Part shown: piece after piece, positions 25,028 to 39,400 of the stretch
Layout of the letters: each line of letters starts with the position of its first letter
Numbering within the stretch: the first letter of the stretch is position 1
Source: Octopus sinensis
Taxonomy: Eukaryota
DNA: 64,000 nt
NCBI RefSeq assembly: GCF_006345805.1
Contig: NC_043002.1
Location: 103,478,001-103,542,000, forward strand
Direction of reading: 5' to 3'
Notes under the pieces: model-generated
What the model was told of the DNA's origin: nothing
Databases searched by the model: none
The model's input: the letters and a program-made list of their open reading frames with translations, nothing else
Made by a program: the position numbers and the translations under genes

Positions 25028-25705
25028 GGATAGTTTCTGACAGTTGTTTTTAGAAAATCTCAACTATTGGAACATCTGCTAAGTATTCTGTGATCGGATG
25101 GAATGGTCAGTAGGCCATAGCAAGGGACAACGGATGATCATACCTACAAGCTAGGTTACAGTGGGAGGTGGGTGTGGAAGGGATTAAGCGGTTGTAAAGA
25201 TAAAAGATGTCCAATATATTAAGTAGTCGATTTTACTAGAGGGGACGGGAGAATCGGAGCAGACTTGGAGTTCATGAGGAAGTTTTCTCCCACTTTTACG
25301 TATGTTTGACCTATCTCTCTACGATGATGGTATACTCAACATATAGAATATTCGCTCTACATGATGTTGCAATAGTTGAGATACCCAAGAAACAGCTGTC
25401 ACAGACTGCCCCTCCTTTTCTTTTACAGTTAAATGAAATGTCATTGTCAAGTCTTGCTAAATTATTTGCCTTTCTACATTAACATGTAACCAAAGTCACA
25501 AAAGGAAACCCTTTCTAGCCGGTGTGATAAAGCAATCACAATCTCACAATTTGAACTGCAGTTCACACTGTTTTTTAGTGGCATACCTATTTGGGAATTC
25601 AGAGCACATACCTAGTTTGAGCTACCCTGGTGAAAACACACGCACTATTATTTGATGTTCACTTGTATTAATTATTAATTGTACTAATTATTAATTGTAT
25701 TTCAG

Positions 25706-25745
25706 CCAGAGTACTTTCGTCACACTTCTGTGACCTCATCAACGG
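25706..25745 (-). ncRNA. Type I hammerhead motif (C3U)
   Basis: Minus strand: CCG-UUGAUGA-G-GUCACA(GAAG)UGUGAC-GAAA-GUAC-UC-UGG; sibling of 58081-58120. Confidence 0.6.
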
Positions 25746-26116
25746 TCCATTGATTTCTTCTTTCTTTTTTGTGTCTCTCCTTACTAACGATCTGCCATTT
25801 TGCATTCCTGTTGTATGTATCTTTATTTGCGCATGCGTATATCTTTGTCTGTATCTATGTTTAGTATGTGTTTGGGAATGTGTATGCTACCTGCATTATC
25901 AGTACTCTCTCTCTTTATTCACGGTCATGTAATTTACATCTATTTATTTCATTCATTTGTTTTTATCTACCGACATTTTCATTTCCTTCCTTCTTTTTGT
26001 ATTAATTGAATATACTTTACTTTGTAAATATATGTTTATTGAATTCCATTTATTTATCTGTGTATTGTATATATATACATATTTATATATATATATGTCT
26101 GTGTGTGTGTGTGTGA

Positions 26117-26171
<55 letters not shown>

Positions 26172-26175
<4 letters not shown>

Positions 26176-26817
26176 GATGAATATGGTACTTAAGTTGAGA
26201 CACCAGAATTTAGTACGGTATTATCCATACAATTTCAAAATATGTTGATTAAAATCAACATAAGCAACAAGGATATCCAGAGGTAATGCAGTACGATCGT
26301 TTCACGCACTTCCATTTAATTGAACAATGAAATAATTACATCAATTTAAATACAGAGCAATCTTCAGCTGCACCGTAGAATTTAATAAAAATTAAAACAG
26401 ATGGACGCATTAGTATAATTTTACTTAAAACGTCCAAGAGGTGAAGGAGATAGACAAAGAACATACTGCCTTCCCTTCAGCCTAGAAGCTACTAAGGTAT
26501 CAGGAAGAAAGAATTCTTCACCAAGAAGCCACTATTCTTTCTGAAAGTTGTATATATAAGTATTAGACAAAAACAGGTAACAAAGCAAGACTGTGAGGAG
26601 TTTTCAGGACATTTATAAAATAAACTCCCCATACCCTTGGCTTTGTTATCTGTTTTTGTCTTTTATATATATTCAAGCCAATACTACAATACTACAAGAC
26701 CCACATTAAATTCCTCATTCGTTTCACGATCAAAGCAAATGTTAGACTACTATGGTCTGTCCTTAGCATTATTTAGCATTACCTGCCACTCCTTGGGTCT
26801 TCTAGATAACAATACCT
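26172..26817 (-). mobile_element. About 645-bp non-coding element inserted in (TA)n, carrying one HHR
   Basis: (TA)n on both sides; HHR at 26287-26372. Confidence 0.6.
26287..26372 (-). ncRNA. Type I hammerhead ribozyme with long stem II
   Basis: Minus strand: UGCAG-CUGAAGA-[57-nt hairpin with AUUUAA/UUAAAU and UUGA/UCAA]-GAAA-CGAUCG-UA-CUGCA; canonical core, palindromic stem III ACGAUCGU, GUA cleavage. Confidence 0.78.
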
Positions 26818-27073
26818 TATATATATATATATATATATATGGGTAAATATTCAAACGAATAAGCATATGGATAATTTTATTGTTATTACTAGCTCCGGCA
26901 ATTATAAATAATTGATAATAATTACAGTAAATACACACGCGTTAGCCATCAGCGATTGCATTACATAGCTAGAGAATAATAATTATAATGAAGGGAACAC
27001 GAAGTGGTTTAGCTGAGAATTTAGCTCCTCTTTCTAGGAAGTAGCCCTCTTTTTTCATCATTATATATATATA

Positions 27074-27143
<70 letters not shown>

Positions 27144-28481
27144 AGACAAACATACATACATACACACAGAGTAAAGAGAAATTGTGCTTTGCATTTACGA
27201 CAGTTGTTTCGGTAGAGTTTTATTTAATGTAGACGTTTAAGTTTATGCTGTAATATACAATCCACTATCATCACGTGTAATCATAGTAAAATTTTCAAAA
27301 TGTGATATTCTAAACACGAACTCGAAAATAACCAATCGGATCCACAGGCGAGTGGGATGTATCGATATAAACTGGATTTGCTCCTTACATATCTTCAATA
27401 TCCTGTTAGAACTTGAAACCTGGAAAGTTGTTTTATTCTAGTATGAGAACTATCAGATCGTACCTAGCCATGTCTGGTGACCTACATGTTAGTGTGCCTT
27501 GATTCTTAAGAATTTTCATAATTATATATATATATTTATATTTGTGTGTCTGAGTAGTTTTGCTTCTATATGCACGCTTACATACGTACATATGTGTGTG
27601 TGGTGTGTGTGTGAGAGAGAGAGAGAGAGTGTGTGTGTTGAAATTACAGCATGTACACTATATCTTCCTTTTGCCTTCGTAATATGTAAATATAATGTCA
27701 CGTAGTGCTCGTTGCCGTACGACAGGTTATTAGATTATTCAAATATGTGCGCAGTTCTACATTTAACTATACAGAACACAATTTATATTCTCAGACATTA
27801 AATTTGTTGCTTATAAGATATATTCTTTTCAATGCCTCCGAATATAGGCTATTTTCTCCAGTATATTTAGATGTAAAACAGCAGATACCTTGCCACACAC
27901 ACATGCATATCTGTGTCTCGGCATATTAGAATATTATACTGGATATCAGCTGTCAGTTAAAACGCACGTCAAATTTTCATCGTACGTCTTCATATATATA
28001 AGTGTGCGTGTGTGTGTGTGTGTGCCCGCGCGCACGTGTGTGTACATATATGCATATGAGTGGGTGTACGTATGTGAAATTGAATGATATTTTGTGGAGA
28101 GGAAGTATGTGTGGCATTAATATGAGTGAAATTTAAAATGGGGATCAGCTGGTTGTACGGTTGTTCTTTTCTCCGCTTTCTTTGACGTCTGCTACGTTAC
28201 AGACTGTCTTTATTTCCTGCGATAAAACTAGACTATGGATTTGCCCACAAGCACTCTAACTTCGATTTACAAACCGAAACTACAAGTGACATCATTACTC
28301 TCAGTGCCATCATTGTTAGCGTTGTTCTTATTAATGTCGTACCCATTCAGATTTGGAAGACGTGACCACGTTTGCCATTGGTCGTTCATTTATGTGTATC
28401 TATATAATTTTTACTATTTTCACATACTACATTCTGCCACCACGAGCTTGATGATAATACGCATTTGGAATATATATATGT

Positions 28482-28517
<36 letters not shown>

Positions 28518-30296
28518 ATATTTATATATATATATATATATATCTATTATATATATATATATTGCACTTTTAACACCACTCATTTTATTAATTCCGGTGC
28601 ACTGAAGAGGCGATTTTCAATATGTTTTATGAAATATTTATTCTCTCCAACGCTACATCATTTACACAATGTGATGTATATACCAACAGCATTTTCCAAG
28701 TGAGTTTAACGTCTCATTCAGAATTCATGCAAGGTTGGGGTCATGTGTCAACCGCTCCCTACACAATTCAGGCTCACCACACAATCTCTTTTCTTCAGAG
28801 GACCTTTTCTATTTAACATTATTCCCAAACAAATCAAACAAGAAACAGATCCTATCACCAATAACCAAAACCAGCAGAAATTTTCTCAAGGGATACCAGA
28901 TGTATCAAGTAATGCATGTGTTTTTTTTTAATATGCTATCTCAATATCAAAAAGAGGTATCATACACTGCTTATCTTAGAAGCATCAAGCAAATGATACT
29001 GTTCAAACTCTTCGTTCCTCTGGAAGATCGCGTCGAAAAAACAAATAAGAGAAAAGGAAAGAAATACGCTGAAATACTGGAGTTATGCCAACAGAATGTG
29101 TGACAAAGAGGTTGTGATCTCATATTAGTTTGAAGGAGAGGGGTCGCCGACCAATCTCTCGGCAGAGCCAGCGAAATACTTGGCGTCACGGGGACCAGTA
29201 GTTCGATGGCTATTATGTCGGCTGTGGCATGGATGGACCTTTGAAGATTGAAGATGTTCGTGGGTCAGCAGGTGCAACCCTGGGAAGGGACAGCGCTTCC
29301 AGGTAGGTGTACACCAAGGTAGACATGAGCTGGGGCTCGATCAACAACGCCTGTGCCAATCTAATTGATGGTTTCTCATGTTGAAAGACCTAAAACACAA
29401 AAGGAAGTTAGGAAATATCGCTAACGACTTGTCTCGGTGAATCACGAAAGGAGTTATCGTTCACTGAGCTGTTCATCATTTCGAGATTGTTAAAATAATA
29501 ATAAAAAAGGAAATAATAAAAAAAAAATGATATCTTGTATGGGAGTGGATATAACCAGCAAATAACTATTCCAAGGAGCGTGTGGCCTTGTGGCAATGTC
29601 AGAAATCATTAAATTAGCCTTAAATGTTATATATGAATACAAAACTTTATGAAATGAGGACTACGCCGAAATGAAATATATGAGAAGAGAAAAATAATCA
29701 ACAAAGAAACGGTGAATATAATGTTATCAATGTATAAACAAAAAGCGAACAATGCCTTCGATATATAAATAGAAAAATATAATATTAGCGACTCATAAAC
29801 AAACATAAACAAAAAGTCCAATGTCTTGCATATATAAGTACACAATTACAATGTTATCAATATATAAACAAATATTTATGATCATATATCCTTACCTCCT
29901 GCCCCATCACCGAATTATTTAAATATTCATCATAACCTCGCTTTGTCTCATAATTAATTATCGATTTATATATTGAATTTTTAAAATGCCATTATCTAGA
30001 ATGATTTTTAAATATCTGGAAATGCGTGTGCGTTCAACTTAATATTTATTGTTGAGACTCCAGACATCTGACTTGCTGCATAATTTCCAAGTCCTTTCTG
30101 GGAGTAAAACCGTGCACAAAAATTCAAAGCTAGGCACATAATCCTCTTGCCTACAATGATTACCAGACTTGCTACATTTTCACTATAACCATTTTATCTT
30201 TGTATTGCTCTTAAAATAAATATTTGCGGCATGAAGTTAGTTTGTCGCACATCTGAAATTGCATCTCTTACTCTCTCGTTCAACACTGCATTTTAT

Positions 30297-30329
<33 letters not shown>

Positions 30330-30389
30330 GGGAGAGAGAGAGAAAAAGAGAGATATAGAGAGAGATATATTGGCGGACTGGGTCTAAAA

Positions 30390-30620
30390 ACAGTGGTTTC
30401 CAGGAGACTAAGGGGCCCATGTGAAATTACAATGCCATAATTAATTTTTTTTTTTGTTAAAAGTGTCTAGAAACACAATCCGGCAGAAATAATTAATGCG
30501 CTCTTCCAGAAATGAATAAAATTTCACAAATTTGAGGGGATGGGCCCTTTAGATACTAACATGGGCCCTCATATATGGATTCTAATGGCGCTGGGGCGCA
30601 CTTGCCATCGGGCAAGCAGG
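30390..30620. mobile_element. Possible hAT-like MITE remnant
   Basis: Starts CAGTGGTTTCC, with several GGGCCC motifs; no partner TIR found. Confidence 0.3.
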
Positions 30621-31459
30621 AAAAGTAAGAAGAAACAGAAGCGAAAATGCACATTGGAAATCAAAAAAGTACAGGATTTTATAAAAAGAAACGATAGATA
30701 TAAACAATTAGATGAACTGATAAATAAAAGTTATAAAAGTTATTATTGTGAAATGTTAAAGAGATTTAAAAGCATACCGGTTTCGTAAATTTACCAATCA
30801 TTACTTTGAATGCACACCGATTAATGAACGGTGTCAGGTCTACTAGTTCCTGAGTAAAAAGATTGTGTATAAGAGAGGAAAGTAGTTCTGGATTTGGTGC
30901 AATTAGGGTAGATATAGATCTGTAATGTGAATGGTGTATGGGATATATAGGGGTTAGCGTTATTAATTGAAAGTTTAGTATTAAACTAGTATTAGTGTTC
31001 TGTATTATGTAATGTGTACATATTGAGTTGGGGAAGATATTTATTTATGAAAGTTGCCTCTTTATTTATTCATTCTTTGTAGTACTGAACATTGATAGAA
31101 GGGGAAATTTAGGAAATTAGGATTAAGAATCCTAGCACGGAAACGAGTTTTTTTGAAAATTAATAGGGAAAGGTTTATAGAAGTGTGAAAGCAGCGGAAA
31201 GGAAGTGTGCAAAGGAATTATTTTAGACGGTGATGGAGGTGGAGGTGGAAAGGTTTGTAATCGGGCATGATTGTTAAACGAAAAGAGAAGATAAGCACAC
31301 ACACACTTGTACATAGACATTCATATATATATCAAAATAATGTCGAAATGTGTCAAACAATCTAAGTAAAAAAAAAATGATGGATAACCATATTTCATCA
31401 GCGACCACTTTATTCAGGGTTTACGATTACGGCGCTCAGAGAAATTAGGTATCGTTTGT

Positions 31460-31980
31460 GCTTTCATGAGAAATGATGCGAAAGTAAGTGTGATGAAAGA
31501 AAACACAGGCGATCACGAGAGATCTTCTTTGACATAAAATGCAGACAAAATGAGGGAACAGAAAATGAAAACAAATATTTAGAGAGGATAAAAAGTGTTT
31601 TTTTTTTACTGAAGGGAAAGAGAGAGAGAGAAAGAGAAAGAGAGAGAGAGAGAGAGTGGGACAGAGCGAGGGAAACAGAGAGTGAGGGAACTGTGGCGAG
31701 GTGATGAGAGAGCAAAGTTTGTGAAAGAAAGGGCTGAAAAATAGGAGTGGTGGACATTCAGTAGAGTGGGTGGCCTGAAATGGGGAGACTGAGAGAGCTG
31801 GGTAGCTAGAAGGATAGAGAAAATGCTAGTGAGAGAGTGAGTGGAAAAAAACTCGGTCTGGAGAATTATAGTCGAAAGAGGAAGCGCGAGTGAGAGAGAG
31901 AGAAAGAGAAAGAGAGAAAGGAAAAATGGAAGAGAATGAGAAAGAAAGCATCGTGGTGCAAGTGGAAAGCAGAGCAAGTA
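31460..31980. repeat. GA-rich low-complexity tract
   Basis: Purine bias, (GA)n runs. Confidence 0.8.
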
Positions 31981-32510
31981 AAGTTACAACGGCAGAAAAT
32001 ATAACACATTTAAGTATATGAATGCATTCACAAGAAATTAAAATTAAAATTAACGGTTAAGTATACAATTACAGAAAATTCAAACAACAAATCAAATTCT
32101 TTGTCGCTTAATTACATCCTGTTCACTAGTATTTCATTCCACCTTCATGCATTTCTCATATATATATATATTCCAAACAACTTGTACATGCAAGTGCTAC
32201 CAGTCGAAAGCTCCGCGTAGTGGACCCCAGCAAGTGTAATGGGTCTCATAAGAGAATATACGTTGTTTCGGGGCCTAACTCTCGATGGCATCATGGTGCA
32301 CCGGCCCCTCTCACTGATATGAGGCCCTGGTTGCTAGACCAATTGGTTATGAAATAAAACTCAATATTCTTCTAGCCATCGCTCATCGTCGCTTTTTAAC
32401 CATATGCAGTGGCTAATCTTTTTTCAGTGTAGTTTGTATATCGGTCATGGTGGTATTTACTTTACGATGTGATAGGCTTAACGATAGATATATAGATAAT
32501 TATACACACG

Positions 32511-32687
32511 CGCAGAAGTCGGTGTGTGATAAGTAGCTTGCTTACCAACCACATGGTTTCAGTTTCAGTCACACTCTGGTGCAACTTTGGCAAGTAACTC
32601 CTACTATAGCCTCGGGCCGACCAAATCCTTGTGAGTGGATTCGGTAGACGGAAACTGAAAGGAGTCCGCTGTATATGTATATATATA

Positions 32688-32749
<62 letters not shown>

Positions 32750-32969
32750 TGTGTGTATGTGTGTGTGTATACGTGTGTGTGTGTGAGTGTGTCTCCTGGA
32801 CATCGCTTGAAAACCGATGCTGGTGCATTTACCTTGTAACTTAGCGGTTCAGCAAAAGAGAGTTAGAATAAGAATTAGGGTAACCAAGAATAAGTCCTGC
32901 GGTGGATGTATTCGACTGAAGGTGGTGTTCCAGCATAGCTGCAGTCAAATGATTGAAACAAGAAAAAGA

Positions 32970-32970
<1 letters not shown>
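32511..32970 (+). mobile_element. SINE family B (head, SSR spacer, tail module)
   Basis: Homology to 10157-10545. Confidence 0.8.
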
Positions 32971-33049
<79 letters not shown>

Positions 33050-33259
33050 CGTTGTGTGTGTGTGTGTGAGTGACAGAAATAAAATATACACAAAAAGATG
33101 TGTTCTTTGTATTCAGTTCTTTAGAGAGCACAAGGGTTTTTCGACAAATTGGTGTGGTGCCTTAACTTATTTCAGGTATGTTTCTGCCAAAAGTTGGCCC
33201 ATTAATTAATAGGATGTTTTCCGTCATTTTTGAGACACGTTTTGTGGTATCATTTGCCG

Positions 33260-34400
33260 TTCAAATAAGGGGATTCTGTTGACTGAGATGTATCCTGCGC
33301 CCGAAGAATTCGTGTCAGCTGCTGAGAGTAGTGCAGTGTCTGCTCTGGCCGAATATGTTCTCACGGAAATGGAAGTCATGCATACATCGACTGTTCTTGG
33401 GGGCGCTCTATTTCGACACTACTGTTTTTTCCTTCTGTCAAATGCTCTTTTCTCTGGTGGCAAATTCCTGTTTTTCTTCCCCTCGCTTTGTCCCCTTTCG
33501 CAGTATTTTCCTCTAGTGTGGACGATCCTTTGCGCCTTCCTCCCATCTCAGGATGTCCAGATCAAGCGAATTCATATTTCTCTTGCAGAAGTCCGTGAAA
33601 CGATTGGGGTGTCGTACTCGTGCTTTTGCACCGGTGGTCAATCCCCAATACTGGAGGTCTCTTCGGATCTTCTTGTCCAGCATGCGATGTACATGACCGA
33701 GCGTAGACGAGGCTGCTGAAGCGGGATGAGTATGCTGGATATCTTGGTACGGTTGAGGAATTCGGTGATGGTGATGTGGTCGGTTCACTTGATAAAGATG
33801 CGTCTCAGGTTACGAAGGTGGAAGATGCTGAGACGGCTCTCCTCTCTAGAGTAGGGACTCTACGTCTCGCAGCCATAAAGTAGCGGACAAAGAACACATG
33901 CCTTATAGACAGGAATCGTGGTGTTTGCAGCCAGTTTTCTTTTCCCGAAACCCTCTTTGCAAGCCTGGCAATGTAGAGGATACTTGTACAATTCTCCTGT
34001 TGATCTCAGGGTCCAGGGAGAGGTCATCGTCGATTGTAGAGCCGAAGTAGGCGAAAGTCATGGACCATGTCCAGCTCGTAGTTGTTGATGGTGATGCTGG
34101 GTCGATGCTCGGAACATCGGCCCAGTACAATGATGACTTTCAGACTGATAGTCAGGCTGAAATCCTGAAAGGCCTTTTAGTGTTTGTCCAAGAGATGCTG
34201 CATTTGCACTTCAGAGTGTGTTGTCAGTGCTGCGTCGTCTGTGAACAGCATTTCTTATGATGATTACCTGGGAAACTCAAGATCTTGATATCAACTACAA
34301 CGGATAAACCGAAGTCTGAGCACATGAGCGTAGGGCCGCAAGGACAACCACCCACAGACACCAAATGGACAGACGATCGAGGTAAAAAGGCCATGCACGA
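33260..34400 (-). pseudogene. RTE-clade LINE, RT and C-terminal remnant, 5'-truncated
   Basis: Minus strand reads MLFTDDAALTTHSEVQMQHLL...FQDFSLTISLK...FAYFGSTIDDDLSLDPEINRRI...VYKACVLCPLLYGCET...FHLRNLRRI; many frameshifts and stops. Confidence 0.9.
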
Positions 34401-34521
34401 AAAATCAGTCCAGCTAGAATGATATGTTGAGTTACAAAATCCCAATCTCAGTGCAGTGGTGCCCAACATGAATGTACTGTGGCAGCATATCTTATACGAA
34501 TAATATATATATATATATATT

Positions 34522-34560
<39 letters not shown>

Positions 34561-34801
34561 TGTGTGTGTGTGGTGTGTGTGTGTGTGTGTGTGTGTATCG
34601 CGATAATTACTCCATCCGATAATTAACCCCTCTGCAATATATTAAGTTTTAATTCATCATATGTTGTCCTGAGGGGTGATTGCCCATGGAGGTAAATGTC
34701 CTTGAATGGTATGCATTATATGTATGTATGCATGTATGTATGTACATACATATAATATGTATACCTATATATATATTATATATGTATATATACATATATT
34801 T

Positions 34802-34866
<65 letters not shown>

Positions 34867-34889
34867 TATGTATATTTATTTATAGAAGG

Positions 34890-34938
34890 AACTTCTACAG
34901 GACTAGAACTTTCATTCAAGAGAAATCTTCAGGAAGCT
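34890..34938 (-). ncRNA. Type I hammerhead motif (2-nt deletion in stem III)
   Basis: Minus strand: AGCUUC-CUGAAGA-UUUC(UCUU)GAAU-GAAA-GUUCUAGUCCUG-UA-GAAGUU. Confidence 0.55.
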
Positions 34939-37360
34939 AGTTAACAAGAATTGTATTGGCATTTATACATTTAGGAGGTTTAAAGGGGTGTTGGTGGGGG
35001 ACTTTTTGGGGGTAGGCATAGCGCAAAATATCATACTTGGGGGAGTGGTCAAGGAGTCAGTGTTAAATTAGATAGAAGAATAATAAAAAAAATAAAAAAA
35101 TAAAAAATAAAAAATAAAAAATAAAAAAAATAAAAAAAATCTAATATAAAAAAAGGGGAATAGAGTTTTAGGTAAATAAGGAGATTCTCACTTATACCTA
35201 TGCACACATGTATACATACATACACACACATACAAACATATATACATATACATACACTACATACACACACATATATATACTATATATAACACTTCCTACA
35301 TATACATATCTACACATGCACATATATGTATACATACACACACTCACATGCATACACGTATACACACATGTATATATACACGCACGACCACACATACATA
35401 TACGCACAGAAAAATATATATACACATACACACACATACTCACATACACGCATACACACACATATCCACACACGCACATGCTCACACAGCACACTAGTCC
35501 TATATACACATATATACACATACACACACTATACACACAAATACATAACATATACATACATGTATATATATATTACATATATACATATGTTGTACCTATG
35601 CATACCTACACATACACACATATACATACACATACAAATACAGACCCATTCCCTAATTTTAATTTATTATCTTCGTTTATTACTTTTGTTATCTTTGGCC
35701 GTAGAGTTATCTATGTGTGTATTTATATGTACATGTGTGTAAGTATGTATATATATATATATATGTGTATGTGTGTGTGTGTGTATATATATATGTATGT
35801 ATGTATGTCTGTGTATATATGTGTGTATATATGTATGTATATATATTATATAATATTATATATTATATATATTATATATATTATATATGGTGTAAGTTTA
35901 TATGTATGTATCCTTGTATATAATAGGTAACTGCAGTACATATACTTAATTTTATTATTATTTTTTTGAGTATGCATGTAAGTATGAATATAAGGAGGCG
36001 CGCGTGTGTGTGTGTATGTGTAAGCATAAATATATGTATACTTTTACGCATGTGTGTACTTATGTGTATATATGGATGCGCGCGTGTGTGTGTGTGTGTG
36101 TGTGGGTACGCATGTACATGTGTATGTGCGTGTATGAGTATATGAGTATGTATGTATGTGTGTGCGTATATTTGTATATGTATGTATGTATATGTATGTG
36201 TGTGATGAAATATATATATATATATATATAATATGCGCGTGTATATATATGTATGTATGGGGTGTGTGTATGTGTATAAATGTATGTATGTATGGATGTA
36301 TGGATGTATGTATGTATGTATACGATGTATGTGTATGTGTGTAATGTATGTATGTGGTATGGTATGTGTGTATATATATATGTATATGTGTGTGTATGCG
36401 TATATGTGTGTATATATATATATATATGTGTATATATATGTGAATATATATATATATATACATGTATGTAGATGTATGTATGTATGAATATAACGCGTGC
36501 GTGCGTGTATGTGTATGAGTGTACGAATGAGTGAGTGTACGTGCTAAAGAGTGTGCGTGAGTGAATGAGTGCTTGTTTTCCAGTAGACACATAAATGGAC
36601 TGGCTGTCATAGCCAAGAGGTTTTTGACCAAGCGGCCAAAGATAACAAAAGTAATAAACGAAGATAATAAAATTAAAATTAGGGAATGGGTCTGTATTTG
36701 TATGTGTATGTATATGTGTGTATGTGTAGGTATGCATAGGTACACATATGTATATATGTATATATATATATACATGTATGTATATGTATGTATGTGTGTG
36801 TATATGTGTGTGTATGTGTATATATGTGTATATAGGGACTAGTGTGCTGTGTGTGCATGTGTGTGTGTGGATATGTGTGTGTATGCGTGTATGTGAGTAT
36901 GTGTGTGTATGTGTATATATATTTTTCTGTGCGTATATGTATGTGTGGTCGTGTGTGTATATATACATGTGTGTATACGTGTATGCATGTGAGTGTGTGT
37001 ATGTATACATATATGTGTATGTGTATGTGTAAGTGTATATATATGTATATATATGTGTGTGTATGTGTGTATGTATATGTATATATGTTTGTATGTGTGT
37101 GTATGTATGTATACATGTGTGCATAGGTATAAGTGAGAATCTTCTTATTTACCTAAAACTCTATTCCCCTTTTTTTATATATAGATTTTTTTTTTTTTTT
37201 TTTTATTTCTTTATTTATTCTTCTATCTAATTTAACACTGACTCCTTGACCACTCCCCCAAGTATGATATTTTGCGCTATGCCTACGCCCCAAAAGTCCC
37301 CCACCAACACCCCTTTAAACCTGCCTAAATGTATAAATGCCAATACAATTCTTGTTAACT

Positions 37361-37411
37361 AGCTTCCTGAAGATTTCTCTTGAATCAAACAGTTCTAGTC
37401 CTGTAGAAGCT
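37361..37411 (+). ncRNA. Type I hammerhead motif (G12C)
   Basis: AGCUUC-CUGAAGA-UUUC(UCUU)GAAU-CAAA-CAG(UUCUAGUC)CUG-UA-GAAGCU; perfect 6-bp stem I. Confidence 0.6.
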
Positions 37412-37572
37412 CCTTCTATATAATAAATTAATTTTACTCTGCTATGTATTGAGTACCTTATTTACTGTGGTTAACCCCGAATCAACCCGGGACCTACATA
37501 TATATATATGTATATATATTTATATGTAAATATATATATATATATATGAATATATATGTATATATATGTATG

Positions 37573-37617
<45 letters not shown>

Positions 37618-39229
37618 ACTAGTAGAGAGATGAAGAGTGATAGTTGACAATGAGGACAAGTTCTGCAAACGTTAGGTCCACAAAAGGAAGGTATAGAGAG
37701 TTAATGATCGGAATAAATAATGAAGGAGAATAGGAGGAAAGATGCCATATAATGGAGAGCAGGCTGCGTCTGAAGCTGGAAGTAGTTGGTTAAGAAACAA
37801 TTAGAAGTGACTCAATTAAAATGAATTCCACAAGCAGCACGGTGTGAATTCCGTTGAAATATTGATTGGAGCTCAAACTTTGTGCTGATGTAACAGAACA
37901 ATATTGATACTTCATTTAAATACGTCTGGATAATAGGAATGTGGAGGAGAAGAAATACAGCGTATTTGCAATTCACACTATACAATTATCTAGAGTGTTC
38001 GTTGTATTGATAAAGGTAATTCATACCTACCAGTGTAATAATAAATGTGCTTTGCATACACAGATATTGCTATTTCAAATGGAAATTGTCCGCAGAATTC
38101 ATGTAAGTAAAGTAGAGTCTAGTTTTTATTTAACTTTAGCTATTTTATTTATTTTATTTCTGCTGTCGTCTGGGATATGCAGATTGTTATCTTAAGCAAT
38201 AATTAAAAATCGCTACCGCAAGGGGGAATGGAATGGAAAAAAGAGAGTAATAATTTGAGTGTAGGAATCAAAACAAGATTGATAATTGAATTTCAGATGT
38301 AACAAATTTCTTAATAAAATGAAGACCATCATAATCTAGAAGTATTTGAATATGCTTTTGTAAACTGGCTATTGATTGTAAGTTGTTTCTCTTTCATGAC
38401 ATCAAATCAGTCAATATTGAGTATCGATTAACTCCTATATGGTACTTATTACTTAAGAGAGCAGAAAACCTAACCTGTATTAGATCTATATCAATAGTTA
38501 AACTACGTGTGCGTCTGGCAGTCCAACTTAATTGCTTTACAAATGTGGCTCTCTCAATAAATTGGCATCTGTATATGTACCTAATTTGAAGAGATAACCA
38601 TCTTGCTAAGACAGAATTTTCAAATATTATCTGAATAGCTGAACATCAAATACACTTTTTTGCTAAAATTTTCAGTGCTTCTGCTAGAATTTGCGAACGT
38701 TAGTAATACTTTTCATTCTTTGTTACCATTCTTTCCCTCTCTTGACCTGTTTTCGTCTTTATCGACGTCTTCTTTGGCATTCAATTTCGAAAAACTACAG
38801 AAAGAAAGAAACAAAAATTTCTAAAATAAAGCAAACTTGTTTAAGTGTCCTGTAGAATATCTCGGCGTTAATCTATCATACAATGCCTCTAGTTTAATAT
38901 TTTGGCATATCATTTTAAAAAATCACAGCTATCTTGACATTTGTGTCTGTGATAAGAAATCTAAAATATAAATTCACTTCTTTGTGATATCCATAAATCA
39001 CATTAATATTTCACATCAATATTTCACTCCACCAACTTGGAAACGTGCCAATATCTTCTTTATAGCATCGGCTAAGAGATACACTATAGATGTTATTTGC
39101 ACAAACCACTCCACTTCACTATCAAATATTTCCATGGTTATAGAAATATATAATAAACAGACGCATCCTCCAGCGCACTGATAACTTACTCCTCTCGCTG
39201 TTCCATCCCCCCTCTCACTCCCCTTAGTA

Positions 39230-39400
39230 ACCAGCAGTAGGTCACTAGTTGATCTAATGGAGAAATCTTCGTTCTCATCCATCATCTAAAAATGGGTCGA
39301 TTCTCTAGACAATTTCGGTGAAAGTAGAGCAATCCAATATGATTTAAGCAAAGACAATATAGAATTGTGGCGCCGGCATATCCTATAAAATGATCCTAGA
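39230..39400 (+). pseudogene. Possible highly decayed CR1/L2-like RT fragment
   Basis: WVDSLDNFGESRAIQYDLSKDNIELWRRHIL resembles W-SSLDNFGE--A-ALDISKAFDRVWH-LL. Confidence 0.4.

Larger units (their letters stand above)
34875..37428. mobile_element. Large head-to-head duplication: about 820-bp arms (34875-35701 and 36633-37428), each ending in an HHR
   Basis: Arms are reverse complements, including internal microsatellites; about 930-bp spacer. Confidence 0.85.
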
